Origin: Octopus vulgaris
Lineage: Eukaryota
Assembly (NCBI GenBank): GCA_951406725.2
Contig: OX597814.1
Span: 91,264,001-91,328,000 of the forward strand
Direction of reading: 5' to 3'
Length of the DNA stretch: 64,000 bases
Below the pieces are notes generated by a model. It saw nothing but the letters and a program-made list of their open reading frames with translations. It searched no databases and had not been told where the DNA came from. Both the position numbers and the translations under genes were made by a program. Shown in pieces: positions 43,340 to 57,025 of the stretch. Numbering within the stretch: position 1 is the first letter of the stretch; each line of letters opens with the position of its first letter.

Positions 43340-43778
43340 TATCATTTTACATGCAATGCCATTAAAAAAGAGTGGGACCGAAACAACTGTACCCAGTAAT
43401 AAGGGTGAACTAAACTCTTTTGTTTTCTACTTCTTTGGATTCCATAATATTCTCTTCATAAGATTCACATATTGGACCTAACAGTGTTGTATCTGAATTC
43501 TTCGTCACCAGTGGGATGTCAATCTTCATTGAAACTCCTCTTCGTGAGATCAGATTGAAAATGTTTCCATTTTCGTATTTATTGAGATCCCAATATTTAC
43601 ATACAAACATAATTCATACATACTAACATACATACATGCGTAAACATATATGTACGTACCTACATATATGCATGTATATTTGTATATATTGAACGCACAC
43701 ACATACACACACTTTCTCTCGTGGAATATGCATGTATATATATATATATGCATATACATATATGTACGTATATATATG

Positions 43779-43857
<79 letters not shown>

Positions 43858-43862
43858 GTAGG

Positions 43863-43920
<58 letters not shown>

Positions 43921-44696
43921 CATACATACATACATACATGCATATATATACATATATATATATATATGATATATAATATACTAAAGAAAGTGTGTGTGGC
44001 GAACAGAGAGACATACGGATGTATACAGATATGTATAATTTTAATGACTATGTGTTGAATAGAAAATGTTTGCTTCAAATTAATCCACGTAAATATTCAC
44101 TTATAAGTTAGGCCTTGAAGGAAGCCAATTAAAGAAAAATGATTCTCAGCAGATATTCTTCAAAATCAACACGACGACTTCTGGTAATGATTTGTTCCCT
44201 CCTCTTAAGTGTTTGTGCTTGTAGGAGGCAGCAATGATATAAATTATATATTTGAAATATCCACTTTATGTAAATAGTTGTCGCATGATAATTTAATTGT
44301 TATTTCTCTATTGCGTATTTTAATTGCTAATGGAAAGTAAAACTCACATACAGTTTTCCTTTCTAACGTGTACTGAATACAATTCTGTCAGTTTCACGCT
44401 GGTAAACAATCGATTGAATGATAATAGGCAAAAGAAAGACAATTGTTAAACTAGATATTAAATTGCAATAGAATATTACATTGTATTGTTAACAGAACAG
44501 TATTATGACATAAATTGGGTAGAAAGAGAAATACATGTATGTAATTAAATTCAGTAGTGTTCAGTTATACACTGGCCCCATTCACTGTATATTAACAACA
44601 AAAAAGGAATTAAACTGTTTGTGTTTCCAAATATGGAGTCTTTTAGAAATAGCATCATGTTTGACGGAACAATATTTCTTGTGCATATATGTATAT

Positions 44697-45111
44697 TTTT
44701 TATTTGTTTCACTAACTTGAGTGCAGCCATGCTGTAGCACCACCTTTAGTCGAGCACATCGACCCCAGGACTTATTCTTTGTAGGCCTAGTACTTATTCT
44801 ACCGGTCTTAGTCAGCTAAGTTACGGGGACGTAAACACACCAATATCGGTTGTCAAGTGATGGTGGGGGACAAACACATATACACAAACACACACACACA
44901 CATACATACACACGCACACACACATACACACACACACACGCACATATATATACACGGCAGGCGTCTTTCAGTTTCCGTCCCCCAAATCCACTCACAAGTC
45001 TTTGGCCGGCATGAGGCTATAGTAGAAGACACCTGCCCAAGGTGCCACGAAGTGGGACTGAATCCGGAACCATGTGGTTGGTAAACAGGCTACTTACCAC
45101 ACAGCCACTCC
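44697..45111 (-). mobile_element. SINE family A
   Basis: Homologous to 42924-43339. Confidence 0.85.
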
Positions 45112-45112
45112 T

Positions 45113-45307
45113 TTTATTACTCTTTTTCATGTTTCAGTCATTTGACTGCGGCTACACTGAACTACAGCCTTTAGTCGAATAAATCGACTCCAGAACTTAT
45201 TCTTTGTAAGCCTAGCACTTGTTCTATCGGTATCTTTTGCCGAACCGTAAACACACCAACACCGGTTGTCAAGTGATTGCGAGGAGGACGAACAGAGACA
45301 CGCACAC

Positions 45308-45386
<79 letters not shown>

Positions 45387-45541
45387 TGCGACGGGATTCT
45401 TTCCGTTTCCATCTACCAAATCATCTCAAAACGCTTTGGTCGGCCCGAGGCAATAGTAGATTTCACTTGCCCAAGGTCCCACGCAGTGGAACTGAACCTG
45501 CCACCAAGTGGTCGATACGCAAGCTTCTTATCAGACAGCCA
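45113..45541 (-). mobile_element. SINE family A, head-to-tail with previous copy
   Basis: A second, more diverged copy directly abutting 45111. Confidence 0.8.
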
Positions 45542-45599
45542 AAACTATATGTATATATATGTGTGTGCGTGTGTATGTGTGTTTGTGTGTGTGTCTGTA

Positions 45600-45888
45600 A
45601 AATTAATAATTATATATATATAATTTAATAATTTAGTATATAAATTGTTATAAATTGTTTTTCCCTGCTGACTACTTGATAATTATTAAAATTATTTTTA
45701 TCCTTATTTCATATAGATGGCCAGATAACCGAAGAGATGGTGTTGTGGATTTCCACTTCGGCATCTGAAACTCAGAGTTTAATCTTGACTATTGAGTAAT
45801 TGTAACATATTATTTTATAGATAAATTTCCTCTATTTACACAATTTTGAGGTCTCTTTCTTTCTTTTGTTATCTTACCGTTTTTACCA

Positions 45889-45890
<2 letters not shown>
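45600..45890 (+). mobile_element. short PLE terminal module with decayed hammerhead (45721-45787)
   Basis: CCAGATAA-CCGAAGA-GATG..GTGG/CCAC..CATCT-GAAA-CTCAGAG-TT-TAATCTTG; followed by (TA)n. Confidence 0.5.
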
Positions 45891-45938
<48 letters not shown>

Positions 45939-46048
45939 GAATATAAACAAAGAAGGGTAATAATATAGATTACTACCAGTGGCTCAGCACAAAAGACAAA
46001 TTAGTCATTAAACAAAATATTATTCATATAGAAAAATATTATTCATGT

Positions 46049-46255
46049 AGAAATATAATTAAGGGCTCCTAAATAAGGATGCCAAGTGCTGGGAACACAA
46101 AAAAGGAGATAAATATATTGAGAGTGAAAATCAAAAACATTTACCGATAACTTTACATCTCGAGATGTAAAGTTTTTGATTTTCACTCTCGATAAAGTTA
46201 TCTCATTTTTGTGTTCCCTGCACTTGGCATCCTTATGTAGGAACCCTTAATTATA

Positions 46256-46260
<5 letters not shown>
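46049..46260. repeat. ~210-bp fold-back palindrome
   Basis: Arms 46049-46138 and 46172-46260 are near-perfect reverse complements, with a central perfect palindrome AACTTTACATCTC|GAGATGTAAAGTT (46149-46174). Confidence 0.9.
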
Positions 46261-46327
<67 letters not shown>

Positions 46328-46328
<1 letters not shown>

Positions 46329-47607
46329 GAGGGGCGTTCAGTAAGTAATGCCCCTGACCCACTTCCCATAGCATTAGAGCAACGAAACTTGGCACAGTTA
46401 GTAGTCTTTTTCTACCTAGGAACCACCCAGAGTTACGCAGTTCTCCCATCGTTTAATGCAGCGCTGGAGACCGTTTTTGTAGAAGACCCCAGCTTGGTCC
46501 TCCAACCACGACGTGACTTTAGAAATCAAGGCTGCATCATCTGTGAAATGCTTTCCTTTCAAAAACAACTTCATGGCTGGGAAGAGGTGAAAATCAGAGG
46601 GTGCAAGGTCAGGAGCGTAGGGGTGGGGTGGGGGAGGAGTTCATAGCAGTACGCCTGTGCTTCTGATCTGGCGACACGCGAGTTGTGGACCGGAGCGTTG
46701 TCCTGCAGGAGGAGGATGCCTTTGCTGATCTTGCCCCACCTCTTGATTTTGATAGCTTCTCTTAATTTCCTCAAAAGTGAAGCATAATAGGCTCCTATAA
46801 TTGTGGTACCCTTTGCCAGGAAATCTGTCATCACTACTCCGTCCTGATCCCAGAAGACTGTGAGCATGACCTTCCCAGCGGAGGGCTGCACCCTTGCCTT
46901 CTTTGGAGGAGGTGAGTCACCGTGCTTCCACTGCATTGACTGAATCACAGTGATGGACCCAGGTTTCATCCTGTGTAATCAGTCTTTTGAAAAATTTTGA
47001 CTCATCTTCTTGGCACATCTCCAAATTCATCCTCGAGCACTCGACGCGTTCTTGCTTCTGGAAAGGTGTGAGCAACCTGGGAATCCATCTGGCAGACACC
47101 TTTTGCATATGCAAATGGTCATGAATGATAGTTTCCACAGACCCGGTACTAATCTTGACCTCATGGGCTATTTGGCGAATAGTTATGCATCGATCTTCCA
47201 AAATGGCAGCCTCAACTTGATGGACAGATGCCTCATCAATGGCAGAAGGGGGTGACCAGATCTGTGAGCTGTTTCCACAGAGTTCCGACCATGTTTGAAT
47301 TCACGATGCCAGCGTTTTACAAGGTCATATGATGGGGCATCATCACCATAAGTTACTTTCATTTCATCAAAAGTCTCCTGTGGTGTGCGTCCTTTCAAAT
47401 ACAAAACCCGGATCACTGCTCGACACTCAACAGGCTCCATTTCACACTTGACTCAGTTCAAACACCTGTAAATCAGGAACCACAATTAGCTCAGAGCTGT
47501 AATTTGCCACCTAATCTATAGAGATATAACTAATTGCACATGCAAAGTTACAGCTAGATCAAATAACTGCAATTGGGTCAGAGGCATTACTTATTGAACG
47601 TCCCTCG
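46328..47607 (-). mobile_element. near-full-length mariner (DD34D, irritans/Himar1-like) with frameshifted transposase 46398-47440
   Basis: TIRs CGAGGGGCGTTCAGTAAGTAATGCCCCTGACCCA / TGGGTCAGAGGCATTACTTATTGAACGTCCCTCG with TA flanks; motifs WIPRLL, ITQDETW, QDNAPVH, YAPDLAPSDF. Confidence 0.95.
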
Positions 47608-49876
47608 TATATATATATGTATATATATATATATATAAAGAGAGAGAGAGAGCGAGAGAGAGGGAGAGAGAGGGGGGAGAGTGAGAGAGACAGAGACAGA
47701 CTGAGAAATGGTGATGTTAAGGCATTGGAATGGTAAAACATAAACACAATTGTTCTTGCCAATTTGTCTTTGTACATGTGAATGGCAGGGCATCGTTAGT
47801 CATGGTATTTCCCCGCATTCCGCACTACCTGTGAGGAAAGAAGCTGGACTTTCTTTCCAATGGAATTCATCTTGCAGAAGAATAAATCGACCAGCTTATC
47901 CAACTGGTTACTTATGACTCGGCGCAAAACCTAAATATTAGGCGAGATTATAATACATAGGTGATATATGCGTTAGTCAACTTTGTCTAGGAATCCGAAA
48001 TAGCTTCGTATCAAGACACGTATATGTGCAAATGTCATTCTGTACTTCTTTTGTTCTGGTTTCTTTCTAAATGAACATTGGAATGAAGTAGAATTTTAGG
48101 ATCTGAACCTGACCCTCGGCTCAGCAGTAGGTATTAGCCAAACTCCAATAATACTATTATGTACAAAACGTGATAACGAAAATAAAATCCTCGTCTCGAT
48201 CTCAAAAATCTGCATTAATTCCATTATATAACCAAAATAGATACAACCCGCAATTTATGAATGACATTTTAGATTCATGAATATAGATCACACAGAGACT
48301 GTTTAGGCAGAAACACATAACTAAAATTTCCAAACGTCACATAATTATATGACAAAATGACACAATACTCTAAACGTTATTGATTCTACTTGCTTCCCAC
48401 TGATATTACCGCTGTTGATCCCCTTTATCTTTCCCTTTCTTTATTCTTAGAGCCTCTCCTCTTCTCTTATACGTTTCCTCATTTCATTCCCTTACAGAGT
48501 TCCTTCTCTCAACTACCTCTATTGGATTTTATTAATTAGAAATGCATAACTACAAAGTATTTCTGTTTCTTACCGCCTTCATTTCTCTTAGCGTTTCACT
48601 TTCTCTAACTTTGTCACGCTTCCTACCTTTTATCCTCATCGAGGCGTGTTTTGAACGTATTAATATTGTTGCTCTTGTCTTTCTATTTCTTTCTTACAAT
48701 TGTTGATAGTAGAAGACTGAGTTTTCACGTATGTGAAACGACTGATAATCTCAGTGTCTGCCAATGCTACGAAAACCAGAAAAAAAAGGCAGCAAAGGTA
48801 TCGTTGTTGCTGTGACTCTTGCTGCAAGAACAGGAACAAACCACAAATAGCAGCCAAAATAAGGAAAAACAGTGAAAAATAACAAAAATTAACAAGTACC
48901 GTGCCAATGTCAACAATAACACAGACATCAACAAAGATGACAGCACGTAATATTGCAGCAGAAACTATGGAAACAAAAATAGCAGTATCGCCAACAACAT
49001 CAATATCAATTTCAGCAACAGCGTACGAATGTGGTGGCGGAAAATAATGACTATAACAAAATAATCGCAATCCAAGAGATGTGTGAATATGGGATGCTTC
49101 TACCCGGCAACTATTTCCTCTCCTAAATGCAAAATGCACATAAGGAATCATGTTGTTGCTCATGCCCACGTCTGAATTACTCGATCATAAAACTTGGGAG
49201 TAGGAAGTAAGGTGTAGGGTAAGAAAAGCAAGACAGTATCATTAATAAAACAACTGAGAAACCAAAATCGGTAGGGAAACAGAGAACACAAATCAACAGC
49301 AACATCATTTCTATCCCAACGAAAATTAAATCCATAACAACAAATACAGCATCACTATCACCATCTTCACTATTAGCATCAAGAAGAAAATACATGAAAA
49401 ACAGCGAAAAACGAAAGAAAATTTGGCAAAAGCACAAACCCCATAAATAATACCATCTAAATACACATCACCACCCACAACAGCTACAAATTATAACAGA
49501 TTTGAAATTTGTTCATGTCAGAAGAACAAATTGAGAAGTCCCGTCTAACATATTCAAAACTGGAAATATACAAACAAAACTGGAATTTTACAATAAATGT
49601 GTAGTGAAATTACTTGAAGACCCGAAATTGTTAAGGTCCATTAGATAGATATGACAATTCGAGAATGTTTCCCACATGGCGTTTGGCAGCCCAGCGTAAC
49701 GTCTTCAACCATACTTCTTCAGTCTTATCCAAATAACCTCAGGTGGAGAAGGAATTTTGACTCTCTCGATTACCTAGAGAAAAAATATTAAGGATTTGAC
49801 TCTCCTTTGTTTGCCGTCTTTCCTATGAATTAGCGAGTTGAATAAATGCACGTGACCGGAGTGATTACTCTAGATG

Positions 49877-51442
49877 CATATCTATTTTTTACATCCATAT
49901 ATCACTTTCCGACACGTCCCCCCCACCTCCTGTCTGCAAGATTTATTATTCTTGCACAATACTTTGGGTTGCTTGATGTTGAATTGATGCCCATTTACAA
50001 GGCAAGAATTTTCGACTCCCGTATTATAGTCTATTTTACGTATCCAACATACACGTCATTCTGAACCCCTAGCTTGGAATGGAATGCAAAATAATAATGT
50101 TGCTTCGAAAAGATTTAGGCATTTTGATATAGTCGCTTTTTAGGATTAACTCTACAGATATATAGAGTCAATCTTGCTAGAGTTGCACAATGTGTTGGTG
50201 ATTCTGAACGCGAACAGTAGTAGAAGTTATTTGATCAAGAGTCTGGAAATTTTACCTCGAAGTATCTCGCTCTTTAGTCTTCGCGAGGTTTTGGAATGCC
50301 ATTTTGGATGAACTTTTCTATTCTGTGGGAATAGCTGATTTGGGAGATTGGTGTAAGAGCTCACAAACTTGCTCAGAAATTTCCAAATGCATGCAAGTAC
50401 CGAATGGATAATTTGGATGCGCTAAAACAGACACAGGCAAACAACATTGTATCAAGGTAGATTACTCTGTAGCGCAGTAGATAAAGATAGTAGGGGAGGT
50501 CCAGAATTCAAAGTCGCAGGTTAGTGATCGACATTAACAACATATCTAAACTGTATAGAAAGTTGACTGATTACTTAAAACTGAACTCTTCTTCCCCAGT
50601 GCGCCAACCTTCCAGAGACTTGACTTACTCTTCAAATATCTGAAGGCTTCCCTTATCAGACAATCCGTTTACTGTTAACACCTACTGCTTGGTTGCGTTA
50701 GCATGCCCTCACCTCTGATCTGGAGACATGAATAAACGCTACAATATCGACGTCGCTTCCTTTACGGTATGTAGGCATTGTCGTCATTTGTCGGATTCAC
50801 TTTTTCTTCAAGTTGTCTCTTTCATAGTGTTGCAAACTTGGGTCTAGCGTAGACCTAGCTAGAGCGCCTGATACCTAGAGCGTTGTTAAGCGCTCATTGC
50901 CTGCTAGCCGGACAATAGGATTGAGACACGCGTAGATCGACAAAAAAGTCCGTGATATTCGTCTGCGATTTGGAAGTAGTGTTTAGTTTCATGTATGTTT
51001 TATATAACATTGATATAATTAATGATTTGTTCTTTGCACTTGTAATCGTGTAGAACATTTATTTTCGCGCACAGCGATAGATAGAAAATTAGTAGGAATA
51101 GGATTGTATCTGAACAGCAGTTATTGCGTTAGTGCTACTTTTATCATTTAGTTATCATTTAATGTTATTGAGCTTTTCTATTCGAAAATGTCATAAAAGA
51201 TATATTGTCTTAGTACACTTTATACTGATTTACTTCTGATTTACTTATATTCAATGTTTGCAATAACTGGGTGTGATAAGCTATAAAACTTTGTTTGGTA
51301 ATCAATCCTTGTGATGCTTAAATTTGTTTCTTCTTTTGGTGTCTTTAATTATTCCTCGGATTACCACATATCTATTTTTTACATTCATATATCACTTTCC
51401 GACACGTCCCCACCACCTCCTGTCTGCAAGATTTATTATTCT
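49877..51442. repeat. 76-bp direct repeats (49877-49952, 51367-51442) bracketing ~1.4 kb
   Basis: Two copies differing at 2 positions. Confidence 0.85.
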
Positions 51443-52019
51443 ATAAGAGACCGGACAAGCTGTTGAAGAAAATAAATGTTCTAAACTTGCACATTATTGG
51501 TAAACAGGCATCTAATATATGACTTTCGAAACCTAGTAATGTCATTTCAAGTAAAATATATTTTAACTTATTATAACCAGAAAGAAGTTAAACCAATTGT
51601 CTTGGAGGAATAAATGTAGATTGAGCAATATGCTCTATAGAGTTCAAATCCCACCAAGTTGGATATGAAAGCCGTAGTGCAACAGATCCGAACTGTGCAA
51701 TTTTATGATTGCCTGTTTTTTTTTGTCTCAAATATATGTGTGGTCTTTGTAAAATAAGTACCTCTTAAATAATTGCGTTAAATTAATCGAGAGTTCACTC
51801 GATTGTAAGTGAATGTCCCTATAGTAGAAGGAACAACAACGACAACAAATTTAAAATACATATTAAGAGTTACAACAACAAAAAACAAACGTAATACCCA
51901 TACACGCCCAAAACTACATAGTCTGTTATGCCTAACTACTACCTACAAAGACTTACCTGCAATAATATTACGTCGAGGACATCTAGGAAAATACTTCTTT
52001 TCAGACAAGTAAAAGGGAT

Positions 52020-52365
52020 ACAGGAAAAGGTAGTAGAAATATCGCAACATTCGTGGAAAGCCCAGAAATTAAAGAGGGACCATTGCTACACAGGATCAAT
52101 GCCTATTTTCTAAAACGTCTTGAATGCATTCAATGAAGCAGAATATAGTGACTTCATAATCTCTGGAGATGGGAAAGAGCCTATTAACCCTGCTTTCTCT
52201 GGATAACTAGTCCTAGTCGTTGAAAAGTATATCTACTATAATACAACTAGTATGAAATATCAGTAACAGAATTCGGTTAGGCATATGCCAGAGATGTTGT
52301 CCGAGAATAACAAAGCAACCATGCCGTGATAAATAACAATACAAACAGAAAAGGGAGATCAAGGC
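52020..52365 (+). mobile_element. R4/Dong-clade LINE fragment, decayed
   Basis: IATQDQCL (AAQDQAL-like) and HMPEMLSENNKATMP**ITIQTE (ENxxxxxWDxxIQTD-like); an (AAT)n tract lies downstream. Confidence 0.55.
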
Positions 52366-52749
52366 TATTTCACTGCTTCTTGTTGAGAAAACCCACCTAC
52401 CAGTCTACGTAACAGTCTCAATCAAATATAATGCATTTCGCAAAGAAATAAGGGAATTATCACAATACTAAGATGTAGGAATAATAACCCGAATGTATGT
52501 CGAGAAGACAGAAAAAAAAAATGACGTAAGAATACGTGCATTGGATAAATAAAAGTACATGGTAAGATCGATATCCGAAAATCCAGTATGTAAAAATATG
52601 AATGATATTCAGTAAAGACTGGATTTATAAGTACTACAGACACATGAGGCATTTTTATTGGAGTAACGAAGGTACTCGAACATTCGGTAGAGGGTTGAGA
52701 GAAGGCTTGCAAAAGAGAAATAAGATCACTGAATATAAAGAATAGTAAC

Positions 52750-52827
52750 TATGATGATGATGATGATGACGATGATGATAATAACGATAATAATATTATA
52801 ACATTAATAATAATAATAGTAATAATA

Positions 52828-52905
<78 letters not shown>
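52750..52905. repeat. (GAT)n/(AAT)n microsatellite
   Basis: Direct observation. Confidence 0.9.
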
Positions 52906-52906
<1 letters not shown>

Positions 52907-53989
52907 CAGGCAATGGCTATCATGGCTTTTCATCTTAATTGATTGGAAGTGTTATCATCCATAGTTCTAAAAATTATCTTTGTTGTGCAACTTCGTTCGC
53001 ATTCCGTATTACATCCACATCTCAGAATAGCTCTTGGTATATTTTTGTAGGGTTCTGAGGTAGGTCGTTTTAACCGGTATATCCATGCAGAACCTCATCA
53101 ACTACACCTTATATATGGTCACCTAGACGCGTACCATATGTGCCTCTTCTGCTGCAAAGGTGACAGCACGCCAGTTGTCAATGCTACCACAAATATTCCG
53201 CGTCATTTCATGTACTGTGGCACAAGTTAATGGGTGTAAGCACACGAACTAAGACAACTTTCACGTTTTGTGGTAGGTCGAATGCTCCAATATCCATATC
53301 CGTTATCAAAAAAGTAAACATGACTGTATAGCTATTTCTAGCTTCCTTGTACAGCAGAAATGAATTTCCATCCCCCTTATCTGTTATTCCATAATATTAC
53401 TTCCATTAACGAAATAGCATCGCCACGTTATTTATTTATATATTAACTTTTTTCTTGGTGATTTATTTTCTTCAGCAGATGCGCAATGCATGATACATTT
53501 CCTTAGCTAGCGCTACCCTCAGTAATAAAGTGCTTGTTAATGTTTGCGTTTGTGTTATGTACATTAATATATTAATGACCTCAGGTGCAAAAATGACGTT
53601 ATTTAGTGTGATGTGTTCATATCTGCCTTTGTTAAAATTTTGTTTTCTTTTTCAGCTTGTACTCAATACTATATTCATTAATGCTTTTCTCCGCGGCTTG
53701 TTCACTCTTCTAAACCAAGAAATCGTAATGAAATACATTATAATACGTCTAGAAAAAATAGAAAGAAAAGAGAAATTTTACAACTACTCCTATGGGTGCA
53801 AAAGGCCATGTCGTCCAATATCCTACGTTTGCCACACGAAAGAGTATTGAAAAGGAGAAGTCATCAAGTAAAACGTAATAATAATGCAAGTTCTTCAGGG
53901 CTATCAGGAAGAAAACACAATTATAACAATAACTATAGTTCCTTCACATTTTGGCACAGCAACAGCTGTTTTAGAAGAAGCTGGTTAGT

Positions 53990-54142
53990 GGATTATATGG
54001 AATCTACTGCTCAGCTGGTAGTTGTTTTATCGATGCCAAAAGGATAGAAGGAAAAGTCGACAAAGGTTGAATTTAAACGCAAGACGTAAAGAGCCGGAAG
54101 TAAATTCGCTAAATATTTTGTCCGGCATTCTACCGATTCAGC
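53990..54142 (-). mobile_element. SINE family B, degenerate
   Basis: AAAAGGATAGAAGGAAAAGTCGAC..GAATTTAAACGCAAGACGTAAAG..CCGGCATTCTA. Confidence 0.55.
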
Positions 54143-54146
54143 TGTT

Positions 54147-54725
54147 ATGTACCAAGATTCTGATAAGAGAAATACTGCATCCAACTTTAAATCAATAGCA
54201 TACCTTCCGGAAATGTGTACACTAATTTCAAGTGCTTTGGCCGTTGAAATGTACAGATACTTGGAAAAAGTCGGCTGCTACCTATTGAACAGAAAAGGTC
54301 CCGAAAATGGAGCTGGGGAACGAACGATAAGCTCTTAATTGATAATCTAATTATCAGGAACTTGCCCAAAACCACTACATGGTGTAGTGACGACCAGGTA
54401 GCGAAAGTACTGCATTGGAAACTGTGCGAAAAGTGGGAGCTAGAGAGAGGCAAGACGTGGTACGAGCAAAGATTGCAGAGAGTAGAAGAGTTGGAGACAA
54501 GCAAAACCCTCTGAGATGTCCCAATCCAAACAGATCAGGTGCTCGAACATAACAGATCGGACCTAGTGTTGGTGGACAAGATTCACCACATATGCTATAT
54601 AGTTGATATTGCATGCCACTTTGACACAAGAATAGTCAAGAAGGAAAACGAAGAGATAGATAAATACAACACTCTTAAGTACGAAATAGCCCGGCTATCG
54701 AAAATGAAGAAGGTGAAGAGAGTGC
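54147..54725 (+). mobile_element. R4/Dong-clade LINE, internally deleted (RT start joined to RLE endonuclease)
   Basis: NFKSIAYLP..EQKRSRKWSWGTNDKLLID, then DQVAKVLHWKLC..WYE..DVPIQTDQVLEHNRSDLVLVDK..IVDIAC.FD..EEIDKYNTL. Confidence 0.85.
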
Positions 54726-54764
54726 ATTTGATGACCTTTTGATGACCTTTCATTTGATGACCTT

Positions 54765-55560
54765 TCATTTTCTTCTGCTCGTTCGCTTTTCCTTGTTTTC
54801 CACTCTGTGTCTCCTCTCCACTTCCCTTTCTTTTCTTCCTAGGAATTTTTGGTGGTGAGTCCGTGTTACTGTATACTGTTCTTCCATTTTTGCTCCTCTA
54901 CGGTTGAACTCTCTTCTTCTTGATGTTCCTTCTCTTTCTCCTCGTCTTCGTGTTTCTAGGGACACTGAGCTTTCAAGTGTCCCCTTACTCCACGTTGAGA
55001 GCATACAAGAGGTATTCCTTCCACTACAATTCTCAACCTCGTCTTGTCCGGCAACACCAATTTTGTGGAGGTTTGGTAAACTGATATGAACCGATACCTC
55101 CAGTCAGTATTCCCAGTAGTTCACCTCCATAGTTCTTGTAATCTTCACAGTTTTGGTGTCCTTCTTTGCATTATAGCTGCCACCAGACACGCCTTGTTAA
55201 TTTCTGGGGCTACACTACCAATCTTTAGTCTGGCCGCACGTTTGTTACATTAGGTTGGTAGTAGTACACACTCAGTTGATCTCAAAGCACAGTGAAGTGT
55301 TTTATCACTTCTTCTTCCCTCACGAAGCGTACCTCAACTGTGCCGTGTTTCTTTCCTCCGGTGTAGGATTTTTGACGTCTCTCAAGCCCTCTTCGACCGC
55401 CTCCACTGCTGCTATTTTCCCTCTTTTTGTTGGAATAGACAGCTTTCTGTATATTATTGTCTTTCTCTCTGTTTTTTTTTTCTATAACTTCCATAGGAGG
55501 CGTTCGTTGAACTTCTTGAAATCCGTTTCGTTCAATTGAACTTCAACGGTTAGACTTTTC
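54765..55560 (-). mobile_element. L1/Tx1-like ORF1 remnant with CCHC zinc knuckle
   Basis: VLPDKTRLRIVVEGIPLVCSQRGVRGHLKAQCP (decayed CxxCxxxGHxxxxC) followed by a basic low-complexity tail. Confidence 0.55.
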
Positions 55561-56586
55561 CCAGTCACTGCAGTGTAACTGCCTGCTGGTACAGATTTAC
55601 TTTCCTTAATATTATCCACAACTTCACCCACAAATGGGGAAGAAAGATAAAAATTCAGGTAACAATAAATTCAACAATTCAGTAATATAGCAATGTAACA
55701 ATAACAAGACTCACATGGGGCGAACACACATCAAATGCAACAGGAAATCAAATGACTCGGCACAACACCAACGTCCTTATTTCTTTAATTAGGCGCAAGG
55801 CCTCATAGAGAAGGGACAACACAAAAGACAGACAAAACAATACATTGGGGTACATAAAGATATATAACGAATGAATTATGAATATAAATGAAAATGAAGA
55901 TAGAATGATATACATACCCCCCGTAAGCAAAGTTTCATTTTACTTTTTTAAAATAAATTGTGTACTTATCAGTCTTGTATCTTGTTAGTTTTCCTTTCGT
56001 TTAAAAATTCACAAACGAGAGTACTTAAAATGAAAACGACCGCTCTCAAAAATTAAGTAAATATACCAGAAATTTCACCCAGAATCCTATTCCGGTACCT
56101 GGTCTATCCCCATGGTAGTCATGGAATGTGAAAGGGGATGTAGAAAATTTAGTAACAGTAGTTTATTTCCATCTATTACAAGCCAAAATTTAGCAAATCC
56201 ACCATTCAAAATAGTTTCAAAGGTGGATGTTTAAATGAATAGCATGAGACCTTTTGGTGTTCTCTTCTCTTAAATTCTGGTTTTCCTTTAGTATTCCTGT
56301 TGTTCCAGATCGATGTATGTATATATATATGTAAGTATACTGTAAAATTCTAATATGTATGTATAATACATAATATATATATATATTATAAAAATATGTT
56401 AGTGTTATTTAATTTCTGAACGGTTCTGCTGCCGTTTGTTTATGTAGTTTTTTAATAAGATAGAGACATGAGTAAAATTAATAATAGAGAAACGAAAATA
56501 AAATTTTAGAAACAGCCTAAAGGGAGATAATTGAAAAAGACTTGTAAGTCAACGTAGGATCGTAATTATGTAAAGTAAAATAAATA

Positions 56587-56783
56587 TAACAAGTAATCCA
56601 GAATCCTTGTCCCGTACCACATCAGTTTCCAAATATAACCAGTTCGTGCCAGTTACGAGGGCAAACATCCTTGAAAGTTTCATCCGAATCAATCCAGCGG
56701 TTCTTGAGATATTTTGTCCACGGTCAAACAAACTAACAAATATAACTGAAACAATACCTACGCCTTCGCTAAGGCCGAGGTAA
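56587..56783 (+). mobile_element. Helentron-associated (HINE/DINE-like) non-autonomous element
   Basis: Starts TAACAAG, has an AAGTTTCATCC core and a 3' hairpin TACCTACGCCTT-CGCT-AAGGCCGAGGTA. Confidence 0.5.
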
Positions 56784-57025
56784 TAATAATAATAATAATA
56801 ATAACAACAACAACAACAACAACAACAATAATAATAATAATGATAACAATAATGATAATAATGATGATGATGATGATGTCCCTTAGTGGCGCACAGTATG
56901 TGCCTCTCTGATCACGAGCAGGAGTAGAAGGGGAGCATCATGGTCATTTGTTGAGAGGCATTATTTGGGGTTTGAATAATTCGCCTCTGAAAACAAGGGT
57001 GTTTCGTTCAAGGGTGGGTGTCAAA

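Noticed and set aside
48660-49480. Hydrophobic minus-strand ORFs resembling membrane proteins
   Set aside because: Antisense of a degenerate (AAC/AGC)-rich low-complexity tract.
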